In this document: positions 49,382-62,338 of the stretch, in pieces
How the letters are laid out: each line of letters begins with the position of its first letter
Numbering within the stretch: position 1 is the stretch's first letter
NCBI GenBank assembly: GCA_008632985.1
Contig: QPGO01000013.1
Location: forward strand, 248,001 to 312,000
Direction of reading: 5' to 3'
From: Psammoneis japonica
Taxonomy: Eukaryota
Length of the DNA stretch: 64,000 bases
Made by a program: the position numbers and the translations under genes
Notes under the pieces: generated by a model
What the model saw: the letters and a program-made list of their open reading frames with translations, nothing else
Told to the model about the DNA's origin: nothing
Databases searched by the model: none

Positions 49382-52300
49382 ATGGTTCTCACTCGTCAGC
49401 AACAAACCGATGGTTTCGAGCACATGGTTGGAACCGTGCTTGCCCAAGGTGCTGGGAGTCCTCTTCATTTGGCTTTGGCCCAAGACGGCACGGACTCGTG
49501 TCAGGAACTGTTCACGTTCATGCCGTCCCAAATCGACTCGCTTGAGTGCGACAACGGCACTGGTGCAATCCCTTTGCCCCGTGGTTACAAGAACATGTTA
49601 GCAGCACCAGTCAGTCTGTACATTGTCAAAGCACACAAAGGTCTTGACGTTGCCAACGACTCCTCTTTGTTCACGCATGACGAGTTCCTTGCCTGCCGCC
49701 TCAGCCCCGACTGCATGTCTTCTGTGTCCATCGGCAGCTCACCCCTTGCACCTCCACATGTCAACAACCCAACCAAGGCACACGACCCGGTGCGGGACTT
49801 CAAGCGAGGCATCAAGCGTGATCCCACCGCTTTCACGGCTCTCAAATCCGACAAGCAGTGGCACACTTGGCACACCTCACTTGTGGCACAAGCCCGTGCC
49901 CAAGACGTCGAGTGCATTCTAGACTCGTCGTACAAACCGACCAGCCCCGAAGACAAACTGCTCTTTGCTGAACAGCAAAAGTGCATGTTCGCCGTCTTCG
50001 AACGCATCCTTCTCACCGACAAGGGCAAGGCTCTCATTCGCGAAAATGTGGGGTCTTCTGATGCACAGACCGTCTGCCGCTCCTTGTCTGAGTGCGCGCT
50101 TGCCTCCACCCGCGCATCTGTCGAGTCCTCCACCCTGCTCACGTGCCTCACCACCGCGCGTCTTGGTGATGGCACTTGGAAAGGTCCGACCCACGGGTTC
50201 ATCCTTCATTGGCAAGATCAGTTGCACAAGCACGAGGCACTCATCCCGGCCAGTGACCACTTCTCTGAAGGACAGAAGCGCGTCATGCTCGAGAATGCCG
50301 TGCACCCTGTCGAGGAACTCCGTGCTGTCAAGAACCAAGCTGATCAGCATCGTACGCAGAGTGGCAAGAGCCTCACACACGATCAATGCTGTGGCTTGCT
50401 CCTCTCCGCGGCAGCTCAGTGCGACAGCACGTTTCAACCCAAGACGACACCTCGAGCTCCCCGACGCACCACACACGCACACGACGTCTGCTCCGAGGAA
50501 CCGTCCGATGATGTGTTCTACGACATTGACAGCGACGTTGACGTCCTTCAAGCCAATGCTGCCTGCACCCGCGGTCCCAGCCTCGCCGGTGTCCAATGGA
50601 GACGTCTCCATCCCGACCACCAACGGCTCTGGGATTCGTTGCCCGATTCCTCCAAGGCGATCATCCTTGAGCATTCTCGTCCACCTCCCCGCAACCCGCG
50701 AGCCAGTGACTGCCATGAGTCTGTCACGGCCAACCTTCACGACCAACGCCTTGGGAGTGACGGTGATGTCAACTTGTCCAACACGACTCCTGCTGACTCT
50801 GGTGACTCCGCTCCACATGTGGACGCCACTTTGGATAATCCCATCCTGGCGCACCTCACCAAGCGCAAGCCACTGCCACCCGGTGATCTGCAACGTCTGT
50901 TGTCTCCTCACCAAGCCCCCAATGCCAGTCGACCGGGGCCATCCGCCGCTTCCTCTACCCCGCCAGCTTCTGCAGATGACACAGAACTTAACGGCCGCAC
51001 TTGCCGCCGCGTTGACAACCACAATGTCATTTGCTCTGCCTCTGCTCATCGCTCCACACGCACTGGCGCTCTAGTCGATCGTGGGGCCAACGGCGGCATT
51101 GCTGGCGACGACGTTCGCGTCATTGCATGCACCTCTCGCCAAGTCGACGTTCAGGGCATTGACGATCATCAATTGGTGGACATCCCCATTGTCACCGCTG
51201 GTGCCGTCATTGAGACCCAGCGTGGTCCCGTCATCGCCATCCTCCATCAGTGCGCATGCACGGGCAAGGGCAAGACCATCCATTCCTGCGGCCAGCTCAA
51301 ATGGTGCAAACAGGATGTCAACGATCGCTCTGTCAAGGTGCCCAACGGCTTGCAACGTATTGCCACTCCTGATGGCTATGTCATCCCCATTGACATCAAG
51401 GCTGGCCTGCCTTGTGTTGCCATGCGACCTTGCACTGACGCCGAATGGGACACCCTGCCCCATGTCATCCTCACCGGTGATGACACATGGGACCCTTCCG
51501 TCCTCGATCACTCTGTCACTGACGACGACCAGTGGTGCGACGCGATCTCTGACCTACAGGACGATCCCACTGCCAACCTATTTGACGAACACGGCAACTG
51601 CCGTCATCGTGTCGTTGTCAACGAGACCATCATGTCCGCTTCCTTGTCTGCCGATCACGCGTCCGCCCTCAATGATCACCTCATTCCGAACGACGACGTG
51701 TTCTACGAGTGTCATCTGCATGCGATTGGCCCCCAGGGCGATGACGTTCCGCCCCCAGAGCGCACTGTGCAGCCCAAGGACCCCCCCTTCGAGTCTCTTC
51801 GGCCTCACTTTGGCTTCCTGCCTGCCGACACGGTCCGTCACACTTTTGACTGCACCACGCAGTGCGCCCACATGCCCGCCAAGTGCACACCTTCGCAAGG
51901 CCTGCAAGTCACCCAACCCCGCCCTTAATGTGCACCGCCGCAACGAGCCTGTCGCCACTGACACCGTTTGTGCCGACACCCCGGCCGTCGACTCTGGTTG
52001 CACCAGCGCCCAACTGTTTGTTGGCACCGAGTCTACCGTCACTGACGTCTACGGCACTAAGACGGACAAAGAGTTTGTCAACACACTCGAGGATCAGATC
52101 CATGAACGTGGTGCCCCATCCAAACTCATTAGCGACCGTGCTCAAGTTGAGATCAGCAACAAAGTGCTCGGGATCCTACGCGCCCTCTTCATCTCTAGCT
52201 GGCAAAGTGAGCCTCACCAGCAACACCAAAACTTTGCCGAGCATCGATGCCAGACCGTGAAGCGCATGGCGAACACTGTCATGGATCGTTTTGGTTCGCC

Positions 52301-55052
52301 CGCCCACACATGGCTGCTGGCGCTCATGTACGTGTGCTTCATGCTCAACCATGCAGCGTCCCCACGTCTCCACTGGCGCACGCCCCTCGAGACTCTCACT
52401 GGCTCCACCCCGGACATCAGCCCATTGCTTCGCTTTCACTGGTGGGAACCCGTGTACTTCCACCTCGATGACTCCGATTGGCCGTCCGAATCCCGTGAGT
52501 TGCGTGGACGCTTCGTTGGCATTGCTGAGCACGTCGGCCACCAGATGACCTTCAAGATTCTATCTGACGAGACTCAGAAGATCCTCTGCCGGTCCAACGT
52601 CCGCTCCGCTACCCCCGATCCTGCCGTTCGAAACCTGCGTCTTGATCCTCCTGATGGGGAGCCACCTGAACCCATCATCAAATCTCGCCATGACGACAAC
52701 CCCGTCGACTCTCCTGATGGGGAGATCAGGACACCCAAGATGCCAGTTTTCGATCCGCAAGACATCATTGGACGTACCTTCCTCATGCAGCCACAAGAGG
52801 ACGGACAACGCCACAGAGCTCGCATCGTCAAGGCCGTCGAAGACCACGAATGGAAAGTGAACGGCAATCCCGAGCTCACTAAGTTCGTCTGCTCTGTCAA
52901 CAATGACGAATACGAGGAAGTCCTTGCCTGCAATGACATCATGAATCACATTGAGCAAGAAGACGAAGACACCACTGTTTGGAAATTTCGACGCATCGTG
53001 TCACACGAAGGACCTCTGAAGCCTCACGACCCAACCTGGAAAGGCTCCAGCTACAACATCATGCTTGAATGGGAAAGTGGGGAGATCACGTCCGAGCCTC
53101 TTGCCATCATCGCCAAGGACGACCCCGTCACCTGTGCCATCTATGCACGAGAGAACGGACTCCTCGACACGGATGGCTGGAAGCGGTTCCGCACCATCGC
53201 GAGGCGCCAAAAGAAGCCATTTCGCATGGCCAACCAAGCCAAGCTTCGCTCCTTCCGCACTGCACCTCGCTACAAGCATGGATGCGAAGTTCCCCGGAAC
53301 TGCAAACACGCCATGTCACTAGACGAACGCAACGGCAACCGCAAGTGGGGAGACGCAACTAATCTCGAGATGGACCAACTCGACGAATACGAAGTCTTCC
53401 ATGACTGCGGGCCCTTCAAGTCTTCCACTCCTCCTGCGGGACACAAGAAGATCTGAGTGCACCTGGTGTGCGACGTGAAACACGACGGTCGCCACAAGGC
53501 ACGACTCGCAGCCGACGGGCACCTCACGGACGTACCTGTCGACAGTGTCTACTCCGGAGTAGTCTCCCTCCGTGGCCTTCGGCTGATGATTTTCCTGGCC
53601 GAACTCAACGAGTTGGAGACATGGGCCACCGACATTGGCAATGCCACCTTGAAGCCACCACCAAGGAGAAGCTTTACATTGTAGCTGGACCCGAGTTCGG
53701 CAAACTCGAAGGACACATCCTTGTCATCCACAAGGCACTGTGTGGACTGCGCAGCTCCGGTCTCCGCTGGCACGAGCGCTTCGCCGACTGCCTGCGAGCT
53801 GAAGGCTTCTTCCCCTGCCGCGCCGAACCCGACATTTGGATGCGCAGGAACGGCGACCACTGTGAATGCATTGCCGTTTATGTGGATGACCTCGCCATTG
53901 CCATGAAGGACCCTCAATCTTTCGTCGACACTCTCACGGAAAAGCACAAGTTCAAGCTCAAGGGTGCGGGACCCATTGAGTTCCATCTGGGTTGCGACTT
54001 TTCCCGGGAACCCGACGGAACCTTGTGCCTGTCTCCGCGCAAGTACATCGAGCGCATGGTCGACAGCTGTGCCCGACTGTTTGGGGAGAAACCTGCCACC
54101 AACGCCCTGTCACCTCTAGAGAAGGGTGACCACCCCGAACTGGACACTTCCGAACTGCTGGGACCCGATGGCATTCACAAGTTCCAGTCTCTTGTTGGTT
54201 CACTCCAATGGGCAGTGTCCCTTGGTCGAATTGACATTACCACGGCCGTCATGTCACTCTCTAGCTTCCGAGCTGCGCCCCGTCAAGGCCACTTGGATCG
54301 TGCCAAACGCGTCTGTGGGTGCCTCTCCAAGATGCGACACGGTGCTCTCCGCGTTCGCACGGAAGAGCCCGACCATTCGGATCTCCCTGCTCCGGCCCCA
54401 TGAATGGATGCATTCCGTGCATGGTGAAGCAGAAGAGATGATCCCAAAGGACGCTCCACCGCCCCTTGGCAAGTTCGTCACTGCCACCCACTACGTCGAT
54501 GCAAACTTGCACCATTGCATGCTCACCGGACGCTCTGTCATGGGAATGCTCCACTTCCTCAACAAATTCCCGGCTGATTGGTTCTCTAAGAAACAAGCCA
54601 CCGTGGAGACTGCGACCTGCGGGTCTGAATTTGTTGCCGCAAGGACTTGTGTTGAGCAGATTGTCGACCTGCGCATCACCCTGCGCTGCCTTGGCGTCCC
54701 GATCCGTAACGTCAGTTACATGTTCGGTGACAACAAGTCGGTTGTAGACAGTGCCACCATCCCGCACTCCAAGTTACACAAGCGACACACCGCACCATCG
54801 TTCCACCGTGTGCGTGAGGCAATTGCCTCTGGTTGCCTTGAGTTCCACTTCATCGAAGGCTCCCGCAACCCTGCTGACATTCTCAGCAAGCATTGGGGTC
54901 ACTCCCAAATCTGGGACCTTCTCCGCCCCCTCATGTTCTGGAACTTCATTCCATCCGAAGTCGAATCTGTTTCTGTGGCTCCTCAAGCAAACTGGGGAGT
55001 GACAGGATTTGAACAGGATTTGGGTGCGCGCGAAGCATCGCGCGCTGTTTAG
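49382..55052 (+). pseudogene. gag-pol of copia copy 2; frameshifts at ~51880, ~53645 and ~54399, and TGA at 53454-53456
   Basis: Four ORF pieces colinear with the copy 1 polyprotein. The terminal TAG lies inside the 3' LTR. Confidence 0.92.
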
Positions 55053-55276
55053 TTTGCCGTGCACAGTTTTGTGTGCTTCAGTTCCGCACGTTCACGCGCG
55101 ATGTAGTTTGCTTTTTGAGCCACAAGGCTCACAAGAATAATGACAGTAGCCCGATTGTACCGACTTACACGTCTTTCGGCTCCTGCAACGGTCTCTGAGC
55201 GGAGACTCATCTGCCATTTAGACAGCAGCAAGGAGTTGTTGTTTGAATTCTTGCCATTTGCCTTCATTTTCTGTCA
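55000..55276 (+). repeat. 3' LTR of copia copy 2
   Basis: Direct repeat of 48163-48438 with 12 substitutions and 1 indel. Confidence 0.97.
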
Positions 55277-57635
55277 TTTCCCAAGTTTTGGTGGTGGATT
55301 TCTTCATTCTCATTTTCTGAGTGAATTTGCACAAAATTGTGGTTGACAATGTTCCACTGTCAAGGACAGCATGCAGAGGCTTCTTCTTTGCTTCACCCAA
55401 GCAGGCATTCATGCAAGCGATGACTGCCAGACTGGCGCAAATTGCTTTGGCCCTTTTTCTGGGCTTCCTGACATGTCCAGCGGCGTGTGAGACTCCTCGA
55501 GCAGTGCCAGTCATTCTTCAGAATTGCCGCACATCATTTTTTTAAATTGACAATTCTCCTTCTTGCTGATGGCAACAGAGTTGCATTCTTTGCTCTTGCA
55601 CTTTGTGTTGTTGTTCAAAGATCTTGCCTTGAGTGGTGCTTTTTGAATTGCCTGGACCACCATGGCATTGAACTCTTCTTTGCGAGCGGCATTTCCATTG
55701 TTGTGACATGACCGTGTGCAATTGCCATTTGAATGACACATTTTTGGATCACGTTTGCAGCTTTCATGGCACTCTTTTGCCAGTTGTTTAATGGCCCAGC
55801 ATTTGTCTGCATTGCGATTGGATTTCTTGCAATGATTGCACCGCTTGTCAGACTCACATCATTTGGCACCAGATTGGCAACCATCATTGGAACCAGGGCT
55901 GGATCCATCCTTGTCTTTTGATCCAGGTTTGTTGCTGGCATCAGCCTTGACATGGACAGCATCAAAGATGTCCTCAGAAACCTCCAGACACTCTAAAAAC
56001 TTGACCAACTCATCGAAGGCATGTTTCAAAATCTAGAAACCTTGAGCTGTCGACTGGTGCAGCCATTTGCAAGGTGCAAGATTGCAGAGGATGTCCTTGA
56101 GCTTGTCCTCCTCAATCTTCTAACCTTCCTCAAAGGGAGGACAAAGCTTGAGGTCTTCTTTGTCTTCTTGTGGCCAAGCAGCGATTTTTTGAATCTTCAT
56201 GCTCTTCGGCTTTTGAGATCATGCCACAAACAACGCCCCTGAATCTGAAGTGCGTTCTTTGGGAAAACATGCCTGGTGAGGCACTGTTGACACTTTTCAA
56301 AGGCTCCTTTGCTCTCTTCATCTTCTACATTTGCAGCCCCATTCTCAAAAGCACACAGAGCATCTCTCCCTGAAGAAGTGACACACGCACAAGACAGAAC
56401 TCACCCGATTTCTTCTTGACGTTCTGACCCGCCAAGAGTTGCTCGCAGTTCTTTGAGAACATGATGCACTTGCAAATGCCTTGCTTCTTGCAATGCTCAA
56501 CATTGATGGCACAAGTGTGACTGTCCTTCTTTCCTGGGTGAAAACACTGCTCCATTTTGAGGTGTTGGCTCGGTTTGAGTGTCTTTGGCTTGAAAATTGA
56601 TTCCAGTGGTTGTGGCGCACAATTTTTTCCTGCTTGAAGGAAGACTTGGCATCAGCAACATGAGATGAGAGCTTTATTTTCATCTTGACACCTTCTGTGG
56701 TGTGCACACACAATGCACTGTGCTTGAAGAATGAGTGCAAACGAGCGCAGAACAAAGTGCGAAAAGTGAAAATTGTGAGAGAGGTCAGATTTTGCTCAAT
56801 CATTTTTGGGTTTCTCCAAATGAGTTCTCAATGGCCCAAAGCTTTTGCACCAGTCCTGCAGACTAAAAGGCCTTTTGGAGAACATCTTCGTGACAGCATG
56901 TTGTCCGGATGCGTTTGCCGTTGACACACAGGATGTCAACATCGTCAAGCGATCGCATTTGCAATTTCCGACATCCGATCAATTCTGTGTGACTGATCTG
57001 TCCTTCGTGCGAACCCACGATTGGCGTGCAATTGAAACAGAACAACATTTTAAAAAGTGTGTCAATCGAACCCCACCCATCCAGACCATTTGCCTGCCGA
57101 CAGTCCACAGAGATCACTGATGCAACGCCTGGAAAGACAACAAAAACCCATCATCACACTGAACATGGTGCCAGATTCAGTTCAAAATTCACACGCACTG
57201 CCCACGAAATTGTGCGCGTCAACCACCCCTTGCTCGCACGACTGCACCAACTGCACAACATCCATTTCCCACAACGTGCATGTAAAATGCACTCCTGCAT
57301 GACAGCGCATGTTGCACTGGCCGCATTCTTTGGTGCACTTCCTCCATGCACAGCACCACTACCACATGAAGGATTGTTCACAGCTGCAGCAGGTGGATGC
57401 TTCGATCTCTCTCCAACAGACAGCAGTTGCCCGTCGCCATGCTGTCTGCACTCTCCACCGACTCCTCACTGTCGCCGTGTTGTTTCAGTCAAGTAGAAGT
57501 TAGTAGCCGTACAGCACATGCCAGACATGACGTCACCAGCAATTCCGGCCATAAGTAAGTTCAGAAAGCCGACACAAGGTGTGTCACCCGCAGAGCACGA
57601 AGAAGAACGCAACTTCTCGTTTCTCGTACAACAAC

Positions 57636-60390
57636 ATGACAATGGGCTTCCCAATTTCGCGCCGCAACAGCAGCGTTTCATCTTGCATGGCAGGTGACAG
57701 CAGCAGCAGTCTATTACCGTCGCTTTTCGAATTGGTGAAAAATGATGAGAAAATGAAGGAGCTGCACGACGCAGTCGAGAAGGAGTTGGTAATGAAGACA
57801 TGCTGGTGGAGTCGATTGGTTCTCATTTGTGGCGCAGCCTTGGGAGCCCTGTCGGGCTATCTTGGAGGGGAGGAAATGAACTCAGTGATGAATCCGTTGC
57901 TTGTTGCTGTATTTGGGATCTTCACATCGATTATGTGCGAAGATTTTTTGACACAAATGGCGTGCTTCATCGGTTCGTGTACTCTGGCGATTCTCAGGCA
58001 CGCCTTGTATCAGGGATGCTCGGCTTCATTAGTCCCAGCGATTTATGGATTTATCCCATGTGTTTGTGGATTCCTATTTCGGACGCCAAAAGCAGTTCTG
58101 ACATCGACAGCTGGTGTGATGGCTGCTTTGTTGGTAATTTTCGCGGTAGACTTGAGTGGAAACTGCATGTCGGAACCCCTTGCGCCTCATCAGAAGGGAA
58201 TCATTATCGCCGACAGATTCATTCCTTTAACCATGGTGATTTTGGGGAATAGCGCGGTCCTTGTGTCAATAGTACGACAGTCGCAAAACTCTTTATTGGT
58301 GCATGCCAAGGCTTCGCGGTCGGCTGCTAAGCTTGCTGAAATCAGGCGGGGACGTGCTCCATCGAGTCACACACGAACTCAGAACGCCCCTGAACGGTAT
58401 CGTTGGAAGTGTTGATCTCTTGGTGAACTCTGAATCAATGACCGAGTATGATATGGAGAATGCATTGACTTTGAAAAGATGTCTTGACAGCATCTTGGGT
58501 ATATGTGATGACGTTTTGATGGCGGCGAAGGAGGATCTAGTGGCAATGGAGAGACCGTTTCGATTAGCATCCTGCATTGATGACGTTGCAGAGATCTTTG
58601 CAGCGACGGTAGAAGCCAAGGGCATCAAGCTCAAAGTGGAGTTTAATGGAGACACTACAGTCGAAGTTAGGGGTATGGCAGTGAAGCTCAGACAAGTACT
58701 CCTCAATCTAGTCGGAAATGCCTTGAAGTTCACCGAAACGGGAAGCATCACAATCCGGGTAAAAGTTTCTCCTCCAACAGTATCTGGTATGGTGACTTGT
58801 GACTTTGAAGTCGAAGATACCGGCGTCGGTGTACATGAACAAGACCGAGAAATGTTGTTTGAACCATTCCACCAGGTTGAGCAGGGGGCAGTTTCGCGTC
58901 GTCATAAGGGCACTGGTCTCGGGCTTACTATTTGCAAAGATTTGGTGCAGATGATGGGAGGAAAGATTGGAGTAGACGGCGCCCCTGGTCGTGGTACTCG
59001 ATTCTACTTTACTCTCGAGTTTAAGAAGGAGGAACAGAACATCGACTCGGAAGCGTTGAACCTTAACGCACCTGCGTGTCGAATAGTTTTATGGGACTCG
59101 GAACAGGAGTCCCGGACCTCCTGTGAAAGCCTTGTCAGATCAATGGCACCGTTAAATGCAAACATACACGTTGTTCAATCACGCATGGAATTGACCAATG
59201 TTGTTGAACGCGAGGACCGCGCGACAAATGAATGTCGTCGAGTTGCGTTTCTCCAGTATGATCGCAAGGATTCTGGCTTCCAATCCATGGTATCGCAAAT
59301 GAAGCAGTCGGGGTGGCTAGTGTTTGTCTATTGTTGCCATGATGTGTTTCCAAATCTTTTGGCAGAGTTAAAGGATGCACATGCAGTCTTTCGACGACCT
59401 CTTCCGCTGGTCAGGATGGGGGAAGCATTTCGGGCTGCACTTGCTAGTCCACAGCATTCTACTACCGTACCAGATTCCACTCCAATTTCGCCCTCTTCCC
59501 TTGGTGACGCTGTGACAAGCGCTCCAATCTTTCCTCCAAAAGTAGTGAAGCCTATCGAAATTGAGAGAATAACGAACACAAACATCGATAGGATCTGTAC
59601 TGTCGGCACAGCTAGAGTGCACGGCGTAAGGAGACCAATCTTGGCGCCTGCTGCTGATGGTGCCACGTCGTGTGGACGCAAAAGAACCCATAATGAATTC
59701 AATAGCAACGACGACATCGATGTAAAGTTAAAAAAGGAGAGACGTGATAGTTCGGGATCTCTGCTCGCTGGAACCAAGAGAAAAATTGCTACGCCTGAAG
59801 AGGTCACCGCTCGCGGTTCCAAAGTCATCGTAGTAGACGATACTGCTGTAAATGTCAAGGTGATGGTGAAAATGCTGTCTCGATCCACATCATTGCCCAT
59901 TCACTCTCTTTCCGATGGTCAGGCCGCTATCGAAATGGTGGAGGCGGCGACACCTAATGATGTGTTGCTGTTTTTGATGGATTGGCACATGCCAGGAGTC
60001 TGTGGTCTCACAGCTACACAATCTATTCGAAGAATAACTCAACAACGCGGCGGTCGCCCAAAGGTTTTTATCTGCATGACTACAGCCGATATCGAAGGTC
60101 TGACTACAGAAATGAAACGCAAAAAGATGGCGTCGAATGGGACTGTTGTGAACGGGCAGCTCAATAATACCACGACTACTGGGTCAGATGAAGAAGCATC
60201 GTCGAGTTTCAATAGTCACGAGGAGTACGCCCTTGTTGATATTGTGGCTGGGAAACCAATCACCTTTCTAAGCATTCATGAAATACTGAAATGGTTTCGA
60301 GAGCAGGTCAAAGTCAACAGCAGCTCCAATCCAGACACAATCCATGGAGCCCCGACAAAATTCACCAGAGTCACAGACACGCTATTCTAG
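57636..60390 (+). CDS. Membrane-bound hybrid histidine kinase (TM-HisKA-HATPase_c-degenerate REC-REC) with a +1 G frameshift at 58348-58351
   Basis: Motifs THELRTPLNGI, LRQVLLNLVGNALKFT, VEDTGVG, GTGLGL, VIVVDD, LMDWHMP and KP. The paralog at 1-810 is exactly 1 nt shorter over the same span and stays in frame. Confidence 0.88.
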
Positions 60391-60499
60391 CTCTATTCAC
60401 AGACGTATTGATGGGGTCTGCGGCACTACTACGGTTCCGGTCAGCGTCACTCGATTGCTGCTGTTCATAGAGACGTGTACGACGGCTCGTGTAGAATCC

Positions 60500-61360
60500 T
60501 TGTTTCCATATCTTTTGCCAGAGTTATGGGATGCACATGCAGTCTTTCGACGACCCCTTTTGCTGGTCAGGTTGGGGGATAAGCGTTTCGGGCTGCACTT
60601 GCAAGTCTACAGTCTTCTACTACCGCATCAGATTCCACGCCACTTTTGCCCTCTTCTTATGGTGACACACCGTGACAAGCTCTCGAATCTTTCCTCCAAA
60701 AGAGAAGTGAAACCCATCGAAATTGAGCGAATGGTGAACGCAAAAACAGATAGTCTAGCTAGGATTTCTGGCCGGGGCGGCACAGGTAGAGTGGACGACG
60801 TAAGGAGACCAACGTTGAAAGCTTTTGCGGATGGCGCCACGTCGTGTGGACGATACTCCTACAAATAGGTAATGGTGAAAATGACTGCTGCACATATACC
60901 AGGAGCAGTTTGGTCTCACAGCATGGAAATCGATTCATGACCACAGCCAATATACATCGAAGGTCTAACTACAGAAATGAAACGAAAAAGAAATGACGTC
61001 GAATGGGACCGTTGTGAATCGGGAGCTCAATACTACTACGACCACTACTGGGTCGTCAGATGAAGAAGCATCGTCGAGATTCAATAGTCACGAGGAGTAT
61101 GCCCTTGTTCACATTGTAGCTGGGAAACCCAATCACCTTTCTAAGCATTCATGAAGTACTCAAATGGTTTCGAGAGAAGGACAACAACTCCGAACCAGAC
61201 ACAATCCATGGAGCCCCGACAAAATTCACCAAGAGTGTAACACGCTACTTTAGCTATCTACAGTATTCACAATGGGTCTCCTACTAATGCGATTCCGGTA
61301 GTCAGCGTCACTACTCAATTGCTGCTGTCCATAGAGACGTGTAGGACGGCTCGTGTAAAT
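60500..61360 (+). pseudogene. Degraded tandem partial duplicate of the kinase 3' half and 3' UTR (source ~59345-60497)
   Basis: gatgcacatgcagtctttcgacgacc, tcagatgaagaagcatcgtcgag and catggagccccgacaaaattcacca are repeated, with deletions and frameshifts. Confidence 0.85.
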
Positions 61361-61361
61361 T

Positions 61362-62338
61362 TCACCACCTTTCATGCTGAATCAGTCCATGGGCCGTAGT
61401 GAGTATCGTTCTACTTGTTTCGACACCGACATATTGCGCAATTTGCTCCAAAATACCAGGATAACCATTGAGCACTTGCAAGGGCGATGCCGTTTTTTGG
61501 AGAAATGCGGCTAATTTTGCTTCGGAAATGTCCTCGAGTAGAAACGAAATGGCATCCGAACAATGCAATCCGTAGATATTGTTCAACGTGTCCTGAATGC
61601 TTTTGCGAGGGCCATCCTTGGTGCGTGTCCGGGTGCCAGCTGAAAATAGTAAAAAGGAGCTTCTCGTCGAAACCACTTGTTCGGCCCACGCAAAAATCTT
61701 GCGATGAATACGATTGGCCGTCACCTGCTCCAGCTCGTACCCATACGAGGGCAAGTCTCGTTTGGCCAGCTCCACATGAAAGGATCCGGTGCAGCCCTCC
61801 AAAAGCGCCCCGGCCGACAACAACCACAGTGCCACGTTTTCAAAGCCCACAGACACGCCCGACTCAATGGACTCCACTCCCTACCGACTCGTTGCTTGAC
61901 GTCCGCTCCTTGACGAACAAGCCATTGACAGACTGTCAACACTTCCTTTTCCGTCGGACCTTTGGAAATGGCGGCATAGAGCGGAAAGAGACCGTATTCA
62001 TCCGTCTTATTCAGTTCACCGGCGTCGCTGTTTTGCAAAATGTAGCCAAGCATGGGAAGGTCCGACAGATGAGAAAAGATAATCATGGCTCTTGATTCTC
62101 TCTTGCCATAGTTGATATTACTCGAACCAAGTATCGACGATTCATACCATTGGCTGCTGGGCTTGGAAACATCGTTGGGATCAAATCCCCATTCCTCAAG
62201 TTTCCGTCGAGCGACGGACTCGCATTCGATTTTATCGGAAATGTTGGAAAGTGAAAACAAAGATGATGATGAGACTTGTCGACAGTCCACAGGAGCGGCT
62301 GCTGAGGAGTTATCGTCGTTTGGATCATAGGGGTTCAT
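61362..62338 (-). CDS. Ankyrin-repeat protein with a -1 frameshift in the C run at 61846-61848
   Basis: DEYGLFPLYAA...LVRQGADV...SPLSRACLW|GFENVALWLLSAGA; adding one G joins ORFs 61721-62338 and 61362-61877. Confidence 0.75.

Larger units (their letters stand above)
48163..55276 (+). mobile_element. Full-length Ty1/copia (CoDi-like) LTR retrotransposon, copy 2, same family as copy 1
   Basis: LTRs at 48163-48438 and 55000-55276; TSD TTTCC at 48158-48162 and 55277-55281; PPT ggggag before 55000; PBS-like sequence at 48439-48453. Confidence 0.97.
46900..57060 (-). mobile_element. Decayed gypsy element B (RT-PR-gag-5' LTR), interrupted by copia copy 2
   Basis: ~47040-48162 joined to 55282-56113 is colinear with ~30600-32545; LTR at 56714-57060; SLDLNMGCCHIKL motif. 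Confidence 0.85.

Noticed and set aside
1..58452. Whole window as one giant inverted segmental duplication (kinase-copia ... copia-kinase)
   Set aside because: The two copia copies have different TSDs (CGGGG versus TTTCC) and unrelated flanks, so they inserted independently. The kinase paralogs are also much more diverged than the copia pair.
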